Assembly (NCBI GenBank): GCA_009914755.4
Contig: CP068257.2
Coordinates: 64,001 to 128,000, forward strand
Reading direction: 5' to 3'
Length of the DNA stretch: 64,000 bases
Source of the DNA: the human T2T-CHM13v2.0 reference genome, Homo sapiens
Below the pieces are notes generated by a model that was not told the origin of the DNA, did not search any database, and was given only the letters and a program-made list of their open reading frames with translations. Below, piece by piece: positions 35,806 to 47,652 of the stretch. Made by a program: the position numbers and the translations under genes. Position 1 is the stretch's first letter. Each line of letters begins with the position of its first letter.

Positions 35806-38800
35806 ATGTCTGCACCTAAGAACAGTAGGGTCTTGTCTGGCTCTTCTTATGAACCGTCCCCCAGCCCGTTCTCCCCAAGGTCCATGCGAGCCTCACCCAG
35901 CTTCCCCCTCTCCCCTCTCAGAAACTCAGGCTTAAGGGGAAGCTCCTCACCAGGGATCCGGAGCTACCATTCACCATCCCCTAGGGCTTCACCACACTCA
36001 CCTCTGTCATCACCAGTATCCCACAATCTCCCATTTCCCTGTCCTATCCGTGATGGGCAATCAATGAAGCCATTGGGCTCTCCCGTGTCCTCCTCTGAGG
36101 ATTCCTCAGAGTCCCCACGTTCATCAATAATATACCACATGTTCTTACTGCCATCACCCAGCAGCTCACCCCCAGCTCTCGGGGGTCTCCTGGGTCTCCC
36201 AGCTACTCTCCAAACAACCCCAGATTTCAGCTGGAGTCAGCCCCCCACACCCAGGAATCACCTGCAAACTCACGAGCCTCACGGTGCTCCTCCCCTATGT
36301 CTTTCATCTCTTCACCCCCAGGCCTCAGGGACTCTCCTGTGGCTCCCAGTTACTCTCAAGCCATCCCCATGTTCCTGCGGGAGTCAGCCCCATGCACTCA
36401 GGAGTCCCCCAGAGACTCACAGGTCTCGGGAGATTATGAGCGGTCCCCCAGCCCTGACTCCTCAAGATTCATGCCTGCCTCACCCAGCTTCTCCCTCTCC
36501 CCTCCCAGAAACTCAGACCCAAGGGGCAGCTTCTCACAAGGGATGTGGAAGTACTCTACATCATCCCGCAGGGCTTCACCACTCTCACATCCGTCATCGG
36601 CAGAATTCCACAACTTTACATTTCCCTTTCCTAACCAAGCAGGACAATCACTCATGTCATTGTGTTCTCCCGTGTCCTCCTCTGGAGATTCCTCACAGTC
36701 ACCCCATTCATCAATAATATACCATGTGTTCTTACTGCCATCATCCAGCAGCTCACCCCCAGCCACCAATGACTCTCCTGTCTGTCCCAGCTACTCTCCA
36801 AATACGCCCAGATTTCAGCGGGCGTCGGTATCCAACACCCCAGAAACACCTACAAACTCACAGACCTCAGTGAGATCCACGCCAGTCTCTCTCACGTCTT
36901 CACCCCCAGGCCTTACGGACCCTCCAGTCTCTCCCAGCTACTATCCAACCACGCGCACATTTCAGCGCGGGTCAGATCCAGGAACCCAGGGATCACCACC
37001 AAGCCCACCACTTTCACTGTGTTACTCCCCAGTCTCAAGCACGTCTTTACCTCCAACCCTCAGGGACTCTCCTGTCTGTCCCAGCTATTCTCCAACCACG
37101 CCCACGTTTCAGCGGGAGTCCGTTGCAGGCACCCAGCAATCACCAGCAAACTCACCAATTTCACTGCGTTACTCCCCAGTCTCTCTCATGTCTTCACCAG
37201 CCCTGAGGGAGTCTCCCGTCTGTCCCAGCTACTCTCCAACCACACCCACTTTTCAGCTGGAGTCCGTTCGAGGCACCCCGGAGTCACCACCAAACTCACC
37301 AATTACACTCAATTACTCTCCAGTCTCTCTCATGTCTTCACCAGCCCTCAGGGACTCTCCCGTCTGTCCCAGCTACTCTCCAACCACCCCCAGATTTCAG
37401 CTGCAAGCAGTTCCTTGCTCCCCGGAATCAACACCAAACTCACCAATTTCACTCAATTACTCTCCAGTCTCTCTCATGTCTTCACCAGCCCTCAGGGACT
37501 CTCCCATCTGTCCCAGCTACTCTCCAACCACGCCCAGATTTCAGCTGGAAGCAGTTCCTTGCACCCAGGAATCACCGCCAAACTCACCAATTTCACTCAA
37601 TTACTCCCCAGTCTCTCTCATGTCTTCACCATCCCTCAGGGACTCTCCCGTCTGTCCCAGCTACTCTCCAACCACGCCCACATTTCAGCTGGAGTACCTT
37701 CGAGGCACCCCGGAGTCACCACCAAACTCACCAATTTCACTCAATTACTCTCCAGTCTCTCTCATGTCTTCACCAGCCCTCAGGGACTCTCCCGACTGTC
37801 CCAGCTACTCTCCAACAACGTCCAGATTTCAGCTGGAAGCAGTTCCTTGCTCCCCAGAATCAACACCAAACTCACCAATTTCACTCAATTACTCTCCAGT
37901 CTCTCTCATGTCTTCACCAGCCATCAGGGACTCTCCCGTCTGTCCCAGCTACTCTCCAACCACGCCCACATGTCAGCTGGAGTCCGTTCGAGACACCCCG
38001 GAGTCACCACCAAACTCACCAATTTCACTCAATTACACTCCAGTCTCTCTCATGTCTTCACCAGCCATCAGGGACTCTCCCGTCTGTCCCAGCTACTCTC
38101 CAAAGACGCCCACATTTCAGCTGGAGTCTGTTCCAGGCACACTGGAGTCACCACCAAACTCACCAATTTCACTCAATTACTCTCCAGTCTCTCTCATGTC
38201 TTCACCAGCCCTCAGGGACCCTCCTGTCTGTCCCAGCTACTCTCCAACCACCCCCAGATTTCAGCTGGCGTCAGTTCCAGGCACCCCGGAGTCACCACCA
38301 AACTCACCAGTTTCACTGAGTTACTCCCCGGTCTCTCTCATGTCTTCACCGCCAGCCCTCAGGGACTCTCCTGTGTGTCCCAGCTACTCTCCAACCACGC
38401 CCACATTTCAGCTGGAGTCAGTTCCAGGCACCCCGGAGTCACCACCAAACTCACCAATTTCACTCAATTACTCTCCAGTCTCTCTCATGTCTTCACCAGC
38501 CCTCAGGGACTCTCCTGTCTGTCCCAGCTACTCTCCAACCACGCCCAGATTTCAGCTGGAAGCAGTTCCTTGCACCCCAGAATCACCTCCAAACTCACCA
38601 ATTTCACTCAATTACTCTCTAGTCTCTCTCATGTCTTCACCAGTCCTCAGGGACCCTCCTGTCTGTCCCAGCTACTCTCCAACCACACCCAGATTTCAGT
38701 TGGAGTCAGTTCCAGGCACCGCGGAGTCACCACCAAACTCACCAGTTTCACTGAGTTACTCCCCGTTCTCTCTCATGTCTTCACCGCCAGCCCTCAGGGA

Positions 38801-39938
38801 CTCTCCTGTTTGTCCCCGCTACTCTCCAACCACGCCCACATTCCAGCTGGAGTCACTTGCAGGCACCCAGGAATTACCTACAAACTCAGCAGTTTCACTG
38901 AGTTACTCCCCAGTCTCTCTCATGTCTTCACCCCCAGCCCCCTGGGACTCTCCTGTCTGTCCCAGCTCCTCTCCCACCACGCCCAGATTTCAGAGGGAGT
39001 CAGCCCCCCACACTGCGGAATCACCTACAGACTCACAGACTTCACGGAGGTCCTCCCTGGTCTCTCTCAGGTCTTTGCCCTCAGCCCACAGGGACTCTTG
39101 TGTCTCTTTCAGCTACTCTCGAAACTTCTCTAGATTCCAGCTGGACTCAGTTCCAGGCACCCACGACACACCACCAAACTCACGAATTTCACTGACTTAC
39201 TCCCCAGTCTCTCTCATGTTCTCACCCCCAGCCCTCAGGGACTCTTCTGTCTCTCTCAGCTACTCTCCAGCCATCTCCACATCACACCTGGGGTCAGCTT
39301 CCCACACCCAGGAATCACCTACAAACTCACGGACCTTACTGCAACCCTCCCCCATTTCTTTCACCTCTTCACCCCCTGCTTTCAGGGACTCTCCTGTGTC
39401 TCCCAGCTTCTCTCCAGCCTTCCCCAGATTTCTGCCACAGTCAGCCCCAGGCACCCAGGGTTACCCTGGACACTCACAGGCCTCACGAGACTATTTCCCA
39501 ATGACTTGTATCTATAGAGGGATGGCTCCCATACTTCCCTCAGTGACCTCAAACCCATCTCCACTTACACTCAGACACTCCCAGGGCCTGACAGCTACTC
39601 CCCGTTATTGTCCTTCAGCTCGAAGCCCTGGCCCATCTACTAGCCAACATGATGCAGCTACCTGGCCATGTCTCCACATTTCTGGGGAGGGCCCCACACC
39701 CAGCCGCAGAAGAGCCCCTCCTGCATTCCGTCCTCACACACAGGCCTGTCCATCCACTTGCTACTGTCACCCTCTTGCCAGCAGAAGAGGCCCCTGTAAT
39801 GGCCGATATCACCGCCCAGTCTATCCTCACCCCACAGCTGTGCAGCGGGACCCTCCTGCTGGCCCACGTGGCTGCCACAGCCCATGCTGGCACGACGCTC
39901 CAGCATGTCGGCGTCCCTGCGGGCCACGCTACCGCTGA
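35806..39938 (+). pseudogene. Frameshifted copy of the Ser/Pro-rich repeat gene (A/B mosaic) with a 1-bp deletion in a G-run at about 36181-36185
   Basis: The ORF is split into 35806..36717 (303 aa) and 36297..39938 (1213 aa, different frame). ATG-to-stop is 4132 bp against 4133 in the intact B copies. The sequence reads 'ctctcgggggtctcc' against 'ctctcggggggtctcc' in A units and 'ctctctgggagtctcc' in B units. Confidence 0.6.
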
Positions 39939-40164
39939 CATGGCTAGCATCACCCTCCTTCCTGGCAGTGACACTGCTGATTTGAACCCCAGTTTCACAG
40001 CTGTCATTTGTAAATAGGACCATTTTCCCTTTTCTCTCTCCCTTCCATTCACAGGGCTTCTCATTCCCTCTGTTTCTGCCTCCGTTTCAGAGATTTACTC
40101 ACCTTTTTCTCTCTCACTATGTCTGCCGTGGTCTCCATAAGAGTGTGCCACATAAAATTGCCCC

Positions 40165-40216
40165 ATTAAAAGTCATGAATTGAGTGGATTTTAGTATACC
40201 TGTGGTTGTGCACATT
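40165..40216 (+). terminator. Poly(A) signal ATTAAA plus GT-rich DSE (junction-unit pseudogene)
   Basis: ATTAAA at 40165-40170. Confidence 0.45.
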
Positions 40217-40533
40217 CAATTTTAATTCGCAATCCATTTTAGAAGGTTTTATCACCCCCGACCAGAGAAACACCCTGTGGACAATAGTCACTCCTCATTC
40301 TGTCTCAAACCCTCTCCCTGACCCTCAGCCCTAGGTAACAACTGCATAGAGCGATCAACCCCATATGCATAGATTTCCATATTGTGGACAGTTCCTATAA
40401 ACGGAATTGCACAATACGTGAGCTTTTGTGACTGACATAACACTTTTAGCACAATATTTTCAAGATTCATCCACATTGCAGCCTTACCCACAGGGGGAAA
40501 CCGCATTTTGTGGTTTCAGTAACACCGGGTGTT

Positions 40534-40628
40534 TTCTCCTTCCTTCCGTCTTTCCTTCCTTCCTTCCTTCCTTCCTTCCTTCCTTCCTTCCTTCCTCCCT
40601 TCCTCCCTTCCTTCCTCCCTTCCTCCCA
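40534..40628. repeat. (TTCC)n microsatellite, type B unit example
   Basis: Same position in the unit as 1411-1500. The B version has a 'cctccc' degenerate tail. Confidence 0.9.
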
Positions 40629-42854
40629 TTTCTCTCTTATTCCTTCTGCCCTCTCTCTTTCATATGCCTTAGGTGCATCCTACGTCCTGCGTCTTTTTGG
40701 GGAATCCTCGACAGGTGCTGGAAAATTGTGTTATTGTAATTATTTACCGGTATCTCTCTTTCATGGTTCTCCATCAGTTGTAAGCATCTATTGGTTTATC
40801 CCAGGTCACTAAGTATATTTTAATTAGCTACACCTGTTTTTCTTTATACACCTGTTTCTGGAGTATAGGGTCGCATACTCATAAACCCAGTGTAACTCAG
40901 AAACGCATCTAATATTCCAATAGACCCATCATAACGTTGAAAAATCATAAATCAAACCAACTTAAGTCACGATTTGGCGCTGGATATGGGCTCCATCAAT
41001 TCCATTGTATTCAATAATGCTGTACACCATTAACAATGGCAGACTGATTGGGCGTGGATGTGGATAACATTATAAAAATCAGTTATTAGAGGGATACTTT
41101 AACCTGACGGAAGAGCTGATCTAATGGTATTAGTACAGTGATGATTATGTGAGATGTTTTGAGACAGAGTAGTACATTTGTGTATGAGATTCTGTGGCTT
41201 TTTTCACTTAGTAGGAACCTTTGTGTGTGGAAAACTGAGAAAATTGCTTTGTGCTGTAGAGTCTGGCATTCGTTGTAGATTAAAGCTTATTTTTCTGGAT
41301 GTAAATCTTATTCAATAAAATACTACTCTTTATAATAAAAAACAAAGACACTGGTGATGTGAAGTCATTATCCTCAGCAAACTAATCCAGGAACAGAAAA
41401 CCAAACGCCACATTCTCACTTATAATGGGAGCTGAAAAATGGGATCACGTGGACACAGGAAGGGGAACAACACACACTGGGGCCTTTCGGGAGGCAGAGC
41501 GTTAAGAAAAACAGCTACCGCATGCTGGGCTTAATACCTAGGTGATGGGTTGACAGGTGCAGCAAACCACCGTGGCACACGTTTACCTTAGTAACAAATC
41601 TGCACAGCCTGCCCATATATTCCAGAACTTAGAAACGAAACGAAAGCAAAGAAAACGAGAAAGCGATAGCAAAACGCTAACGGCGAAACAGAGTTTCAAA
41701 CTCAGAAAGTGAGAGACCAATGTTTGGTTCAAATCATGGTTCTCAACCCAGGTGCCATAAGGTCAGGATAAAGAATTTGATGACGTATTGTAAATAAGAC
41801 ATGCAGCGGAGGACCAGAAAAATCGTTCTCAACATACGTGTGGCTTCGAGTTCAACGGTGACGCTATCTACAGTGACATAGCATTAGATTCCAAAGGGCC
41901 GAGTCCCGCAAGACTGGCCTCCCACACTAATAATAATGGGAAGCGCTACGTTGCTTTACCTGTGCTTCTCAGCAACTGGCTATAAATCAGGTTTCCACCA
42001 CTCCCAGTTTTAGTTGCATTCATTTGCTGGAAGAGCTCACAGCACGCAGGGAAACACTGACATTTCCCATTTTTTGTATTTTAGCAGATATTGCAAAAAC
42101 TTCAGAAAAAACTTTTGGGCCCGGCATGTGGGGAGGGGCTCACTGCCTTCCAGGAAGTGTTATCCAGAAGCTCTCTAAACCCAGTCCTTTTGGGTTTTTA
42201 TGGAGACCTCATTCTATAGGCATGATGGGTTAAACCATAGGCTATTGGTGATCAACTCAACCTGGGGCTCTCAACCCTCCCTGGAAATTGGGGTTGAGGC
42301 TTTGCCATTCTCAGTCTGAGTAAAAGAATTTACGCAAACGGAATTTTAAAACAGATTAGCATATCTGGAAACTTAACTAGATGACGGAATTATCTGGAGC
42401 CACACCTTGATATTCCTAACCCGAGCACCCTCATCCAAAGAATGCTCCACCCAACTGGCTCCCAAGTCTCTACGGGGTTCCAGAGCAAAAGAATGTTTAT
42501 ACAGCGCATATCTCCACCTTTTCTTCAAAGTCTTTTCGCTTACACGGAAAGACTTCTTCAACTGCCATGCATCAGGGTCAGGGGGAGGTCTTGTTACAAC
42601 ACAGATCTGCGGATCTCCGGGGCTTGATTGTGGCAAGGATGCTGCTGGTGTCAAAACCACAACGTGGGAACCACAGAACCACTAGTTGGTTTTCAGTGTT
42701 TCAGTGCATACAATTCCTAATATATCTGGCCAAGAAAACTTGTAAGTTCTTAGATTGTCCGAAAGGTGGCGCATGAAATCAAATAAGGAGAACAGTTTCC
42801 TACGAGGTGTAGCCTGGGAACCTTGGGGGTGACTGATGGAAAGGAGGAGTGAAG

Positions 42855-42928
42855 CTCCGCCCTTTCCGCTGCGAGGCTGCGCCCGAGGCTATTTAAACCC
42901 ACCCTGGCTGGCCTGTACTCAGATCTTC
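42855..42928 (+). promoter_or_regulatory. Core promoter of the unit 7 (type B) gene
   Basis: tatttaaa at 42890-42897, with 'ctccgccctttccg' GC box and 'tcagatcttcgc' Inr. Confidence 0.65.
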
Positions 42929-43240
42929 GCAGAGCGGAGCAGCGGCCGGAGCGTTTGGCGGACTCTGCGTGGACTTGGAGCTCACAGCGTCTTGCGACTT
43001 GGAAGCGGATTCAGAGGACAGGACAGAACACTTGGGCAAGTGAATCTCTGTCTGTCTGTCTGTCTCATTGGTTGGTTTATTTCCATTTTCTTAAGGAGCA
43101 CATACCTCACACCACACACACACAAACACACACACACACACGCACGCACTCACGCACACACACACGCACACACACACACTAATTCATTCTGCGGGTTAGG
43201 AAATTAGTAGGGGTCTCTGGGAGCTGCAGGTTTCCTAATC

Positions 43241-46200
43241 ATGTCTGCACCTAAGAACACTAGGGTCTTGTCTGGCTCTTCTTATGAACGGTCCCCCAGC
43301 CCGGACTCCCCAAGATCCATGCTAGCCTCACCCAGCTTCTCCCTCTCCCCTCTCAGAAACTCAGACTTAAGAGGAAGCTCCTCACCAGGGATCCGGAGCT
43401 ACCATTCACCATCCCCTAGGGCTTCACCACACTCACCTCTGTCATCACCAGTATCCCACAATCTCCCATTTCCCTGTCCTATCCGTGATGGACAATCCAT
43501 GAAGCCATTGGGCTCTCCCGTGTCCTCCTCTGAGGATTCTACAGAGTCACCACGTTCATCAGTAATATACCACATGTTCCTACTGCCATCACCCAGCAGC
43601 TCACCCCCAGCTCTCTGGGAGTCTCCTGGGTCTCCCAGCTACTCTCCAAACAACCCCAGATTTCAGCTGGAGTCAGCCCCCCACACCCAGGAATCACCTG
43701 CAAACTCACGAGCCTCACGGTGCTCCTCCCCTATGTCTTTCATCTCTTCACCCCCAGGCCTCAGGGACTCTCCTGTGGCTCCCAGTTACTCTCAAGCCAT
43801 CCCCATGTTCCTGCGGGAGTCAGCCCCATGCACTCAGGAGTCCCCCAGAGACTCACAGGTCTCGGGAGAATATGAGCGCTCCCCCAGCCCTGACTCCTCA
43901 AGATTCATGCCTGCCTCACCCAGCATCTACCTCTCCCCTCCCAGGAACTCAGACCCAAGGGGCAGCTCCTCACAAGGGATGTGGAAGTACTCTACATCAT
44001 CCCGCAGGGCTTCACCACTCTCACATCCGTCATCGGCAGAATTCCACAACTTTACATTTCCCTTTCCTAACCAAGCAGGACAATCACTCATGTCATTGTG
44101 TTCTCCCGTGTCCTCCTCTGGAGATTCCTCACAGTCACCCCATTCATCAATAATATACCATATGTTCTTACTGCCATCATCCAGCAGCTCACCCCCAGCC
44201 ACCAATGACTCTCCTGTCTGTCCCAGCTACTCTCCAACTACGCCCAGATTTCAGCGGGCGTCGGTATCCAACACCCCAGAAACACCTACAAACTCACAGA
44301 CCTCAGTGAGATCCTCGCCAGTCTCTCTCACGTCTTCACCCCCAGGCCTTACGGACCCTCCGGTCTCTCCCAGCTACTATCCAACCACGCGCACATTTCA
44401 GCGCGGGTCAGATCCAGGAACCCAGGGAGCACCACCAAGCCCACCACTTTCACTGTGTTACTCCCCAGTCTCAAGCACGTCTTTATCTCCAACCCTCAGG
44501 GACTCTCCTGTCTGTCCCAGCTATTCTCCAACCACGCCCACGTTTCAGCGGGAGTCCGTTGCAGGCAACCAGCAATCACCAGCAAACTCACCAATTTCAC
44601 TGCGTTACTCCCCAGTCTCTCTCATGTCTTCACCAGCCCTGAGGGACTCTCCCGTCTGTCCCAGCTACTCTGCAACCACACCCACATTTCAGCTGGAGTC
44701 CGTTCGAGGCTCCCCGGAGTCACCACCAATCTCACCAATTACACTCAATTACTCTCCAGTCTCTCTCATGTCTTCACCAGCCCTGAGGGACTCTCCCGTC
44801 AGTCCCAGCTACTCTCCAACCACCCCCAGATTTCAGCTGCAAGCAGTTCCTTGCTCCCCGGAATCAACACCAAACTCACCAATTTCACTCAATTACTCTC
44901 CAGTCTCTCTCATGTCTTCACCAGCCCTCAGGGACTCTCCCATCTGTCCCAGCTACTCTCCAACCACGCCCAGATTTCAGCTGGAAGCAGTTCCTTGCAC
45001 CCAGGAATCACCGCCAAACTCACCAATTTCACTCAATTACTCCCCAGTCTCTCTCATGTCTTCACCATCCCTCAGGGACTCTCCCGTCTGTCTCAGCTAC
45101 TCTCCAACCACGCCCACATTTCAGCTGGAGTACCTTCGAGGCACCCCGGAGTCACCACCAAACTCACCAATTTCACTCAATTACTCTCCAGTCTCTCTCA
45201 TGTCTTCACCAGCCCTCAGGGACTCTCCCGACTGTCCCAGCTACTCTCCAACAACGTCCAGATTTCAGCTGGAAGCAGTTCCTTGCTCCCCAGAATCAAC
45301 ACCAAACTCACCAATTTCACTCAATTACTCTCCAGTCTCTCTCATGTCTTCACCAGCCATCAGGGACTCTCCCGTCTGTCCCAGCTACTCTCCAACCACG
45401 CCCACATGTCAGCTGGAGTCCGTTCGAGACACCCCGGAGTCACCACCAAACTCACCAATTTCACTCAATTACACTCCAGTCTCTCTCATGTCTTCACCAG
45501 CCATCAGGGACTCTCCCGTCTGTCCCAGCTACTCTCCAAAGACGCCCACATTTCAGCTGGAGTCTGTTCCAGGCACACTGGAGTCACCACCAAACTCACC
45601 AATTTCACTCAATTACTCTCCAGTCTCTCTCATGTCTTCACCAGCCCTCAGGGACCCTCCTGTCTGTCCCAGCTACTCTCCAACCACCCCCAGATTTCAG
45701 CTGGCGTCAGTTCCAGGCACCCCGGAGTCACCACCAAACTCACCAGTTTCACTGAGTTACTCCCCGGTCTCTCTCATGTCTTCACCGCCAGCCCTCAGGG
45801 ACTCTCCTGTGTGTCCCAGCTACTCTCCAACCACGCCCACATTTCAGCTGGAGTCAGTTCCAGGCACCCCGGAGTCACCACCAAACTCACCAATTTCACT
45901 CAATTACTCTCCAGTCTCTCTCATGTCTTCACCAGCCCTCAGGGACTCTCCTGTCTGTCCCAGCTACTCTCCAACCACGCCCAGATTTCAGCTGGAAGCA
46001 GTTCCTTGCACCCCAGAATCACCTCCAAACTCACCAATTTCACTCAATTACTCTCTAGTCTCTCTCATGTCTTCACCAGTCCTCAGGGACCCTCCTGTCT
46101 GTCCCAGCTACTCTCCAACCACACCCAGATTTCAGTTGGAGTCAGTTCCAGGCACCGCGGAGTCACCACCAAACTCACCAGTTTCACTGAGTTACTCCCC

Positions 46201-47374
46201 GTTCTCTCTCATGTCTTCACCGCCAGCCCTCAGGGACTCTCCTGTTTGTCCCCGCTACTCTCCAACCACGCCCACATTCCAGCTGGAGTCACTTGCAGGC
46301 ACCCAGGAATTACCTACAAACTCAGCAGTTTCACTGAGTTACTCCCCAGTCTCTCTCATGTCTTCACCCCCAGCCCCCTGGGACTCTCCTGTCTGTCCCA
46401 GCTCCTCTCCCACCACGCCCAGATTTCAGAGGGAGTCAGCCCCCCACACTCCGGAATCACCTACAGACTCACAGACTTCACGGAGGTCCTCCCTGGTCTC
46501 TCTCAGGTCTTTGCCCTCAGCCCACAGGGACTCTTGTGTCTCTTTCAGCTACTCTCGAAACTTCTCTAGATTCCAGCTGGACTCAGTTCCAGGCACCCAC
46601 GACACACCACCAAACTCACGAATTTCACTGACTTACTCCCCAGTCTCTCTCATGTTCTCACCCCCAGCCCTCAGGGACTCTTCTGTCTCTCTCAGCTACT
46701 CTCCAGCCATCTCCACATCACACCTGGGGTCAGCTTCCCACACCCAGGAATCACCTACAAACTCACGGACCTTACTGCAACCCTCCCCCATTTCTTTCAC
46801 CTCTTCACCCCCTGCTTTCAGGGACTCTCCTGTGTCTCCCAGCTTCTCTCCAGCCTTCCCCAGATTTCTGCCACAGTCAGCCCCAGGCACCCAGGGTTAC
46901 CCTGGACACTCACAGGCCTCACGAGACTATTTCCCAATGACTTGTATCTATAGAGGGATGGCTCCCATACTTCCCTCAGTGACCTCAAACCCATCTCCAC
47001 TTACACTCAGACACTCCCAGGGCCTGACAGCTACTCCCCGTTATTGTCCTTCAGCTCGAAGCCCTGGCCCATCTACTAGCCAACATGATGCAGCTACCTG
47101 GCCATGTCTCCACATTTCTGGGGAGGGCCCCACACCCAGCCGCAGAAGAGCCCCTCCTGCATTCCGTCCTCACACACAGGCCTGTCCATCCACTTGCTAC
47201 TGTCACCCTCTTGCCAGCAGAAGAGGCCCCTGTAATGGCCGATATCACCGCCCAGTCTATCCTCACCCCACAGCTGTGCAGCGGGACCCTCCTGCTGGCC
47301 CACGTGGCTGCCACAGCCCATGCTGGCACGACGCTCCAGCATGTCGGCGTCCCTGCGGGCCACGCTACCGCTGA
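43241..47374 (+). CDS. 1377-aa Ser/Pro-rich repeat protein, type B (expanded coding minisatellite)
   Basis: Intact ORF with the same promoter and poly(A) context. It has about 8 more 47-aa modules than type A. Confidence 0.55.
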   Translation: MSAPKNTRVLSGSSYERSPSPDSPRSMLASPSFSLSPLRNSDLRGSSSPGIRSYHSPSPRASPHSPLSSPVSHNLPFPCPIRDGQSMKPLGSPVSSSEDSTESPRSSVIYHMFLLPSPSSSPPALWESPGSPSYSPNNPRFQLESAPHTQESPANSRASRCSSPMSFISSPPGLRDSPVAPSYSQAIPMFLRESAPCTQESPRDSQVSGEYERSPSPDSSRFMPASPSIYLSPPRNSDPRGSSSQGMWKYSTSSRRASPLSHPSSAEFHNFTFPFPNQAGQSLMSLCSPVSSSGDSSQSPHSSIIYHMFLLPSSSSSPPATNDSPVCPSYSPTTPRFQRASVSNTPETPTNSQTSVRSSPVSLTSSPPGLTDPPVSPSYYPTTRTFQRGSDPGTQGAPPSPPLSLCYSPVSSTSLSPTLRDSPVCPSYSPTTPTFQRESVAGNQQSPANSPISLRYSPVSLMSSPALRDSPVCPSYSATTPTFQLESVRGSPESPPISPITLNYSPVSLMSSPALRDSPVSPSYSPTTPRFQLQAVPCSPESTPNSPISLNYSPVSLMSSPALRDSPICPSYSPTTPRFQLEAVPCTQESPPNSPISLNYSPVSLMSSPSLRDSPVCLSYSPTTPTFQLEYLRGTPESPPNSPISLNYSPVSLMSSPALRDSPDCPSYSPTTSRFQLEAVPCSPESTPNSPISLNYSPVSLMSSPAIRDSPVCPSYSPTTPTCQLESVRDTPESPPNSPISLNYTPVSLMSSPAIRDSPVCPSYSPKTPTFQLESVPGTLESPPNSPISLNYSPVSLMSSPALRDPPVCPSYSPTTPRFQLASVPGTPESPPNSPVSLSYSPVSLMSSPPALRDSPVCPSYSPTTPTFQLESVPGTPESPPNSPISLNYSPVSLMSSPALRDSPVCPSYSPTTPRFQLEAVPCTPESPPNSPISLNYSLVSLMSSPVLRDPPVCPSYSPTTPRFQLESVPGTAESPPNSPVSLSYSPFSLMSSPPALRDSPVCPRYSPTTPTFQLESLAGTQELPTNSAVSLSYSPVSLMSSPPAPWDSPVCPSSSPTTPRFQRESAPHTPESPTDSQTSRRSSLVSLRSLPSAHRDSCVSFSYSRNFSRFQLDSVPGTHDTPPNSRISLTYSPVSLMFSPPALRDSSVSLSYSPAISTSHLGSASHTQESPTNSRTLLQPSPISFTSSPPAFRDSPVSPSFSPAFPRFLPQSAPGTQGYPGHSQASRDYFPMTCIYRGMAPILPSVTSNPSPLTLRHSQGLTATPRYCPSARSPGPSTSQHDAATWPCLHISGEGPTPSRRRAPPAFRPHTQACPSTCYCHPLASRRGPCNGRYHRPVYPHPTAVQRDPPAGPRGCHSPCWHDAPACRRPCGPRYR
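44201..46892 (+). repeat. Expanded coding minisatellite, about 19 modules of roughly 144 bp, inside the type-B ORF
   Basis: Same module as 5093-6632 with about 8 extra copies, accounting for the 1377-aa versus 993-aa ORF and the 7.44 versus 6.33 kb unit length. Confidence 0.9.
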
Positions 47375-47600
47375 CATGGCTAGCATCACCCTCCTTCCTG
47401 GCAGTGACACTGCTGATTTGAACCCCAGTTTCACAGCTGTCATTTGTAAATAGGACCATTTTCCCTTTTCTCTCTCCCTTCCATTCACAGGGCTTCTCAT
47501 TCCCTCTGTTTCTGCCTCCGTTTCAGAGATTTACTCACCTTTTTCTCTCTCACTATGTCTGCCGTGGTCTCCATAAGAGTGTGCCACATAAAATTGCCCC

Positions 47601-47652
47601 ATTAAAAGTCATGAATTGAGTGGATTTTAGTATACCTGTGGTTGTGCACATT
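47601..47652 (+). terminator. Poly(A) signal ATTAAA plus GT-rich DSE (unit 7 gene)
   Basis: ATTAAA at 47601-47606. Confidence 0.5.

Larger units (their letters stand above)
32754..40251 (+). repeat. Array unit 6 (junction unit: type-A spacer and promoter, mosaic A/B 5' coding end, type-B remainder)
   Basis: Spacer ORF-track peptides match the A units. The CDS has the B-type expanded minisatellite and B-type residues after about codon 65. The unit is 7498 bp. Confidence 0.8.

Noticed and set aside
36181-36185. Frameshift in unit 6 interpreted as a definite pseudogenising mutation
   Set aside because: Not rejected outright but downgraded. A single-base difference in a G-homopolymer is also the most common assembly or sequencing error, and read-level evidence is required.
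37019-39133. 704-aa ORFs in the +2 frame (also at 44455..46569, 51891..54005, 59327..61441), plus 204- and 208-aa alternate-frame ORFs inside the A-type CDS
   Set aside because: They lie wholly inside the roughly 144-bp coding minisatellite, whose low-complexity composition lacks stop codons in several frames. They have no promoter or start context of their own and their lengths track the minisatellite copy number.
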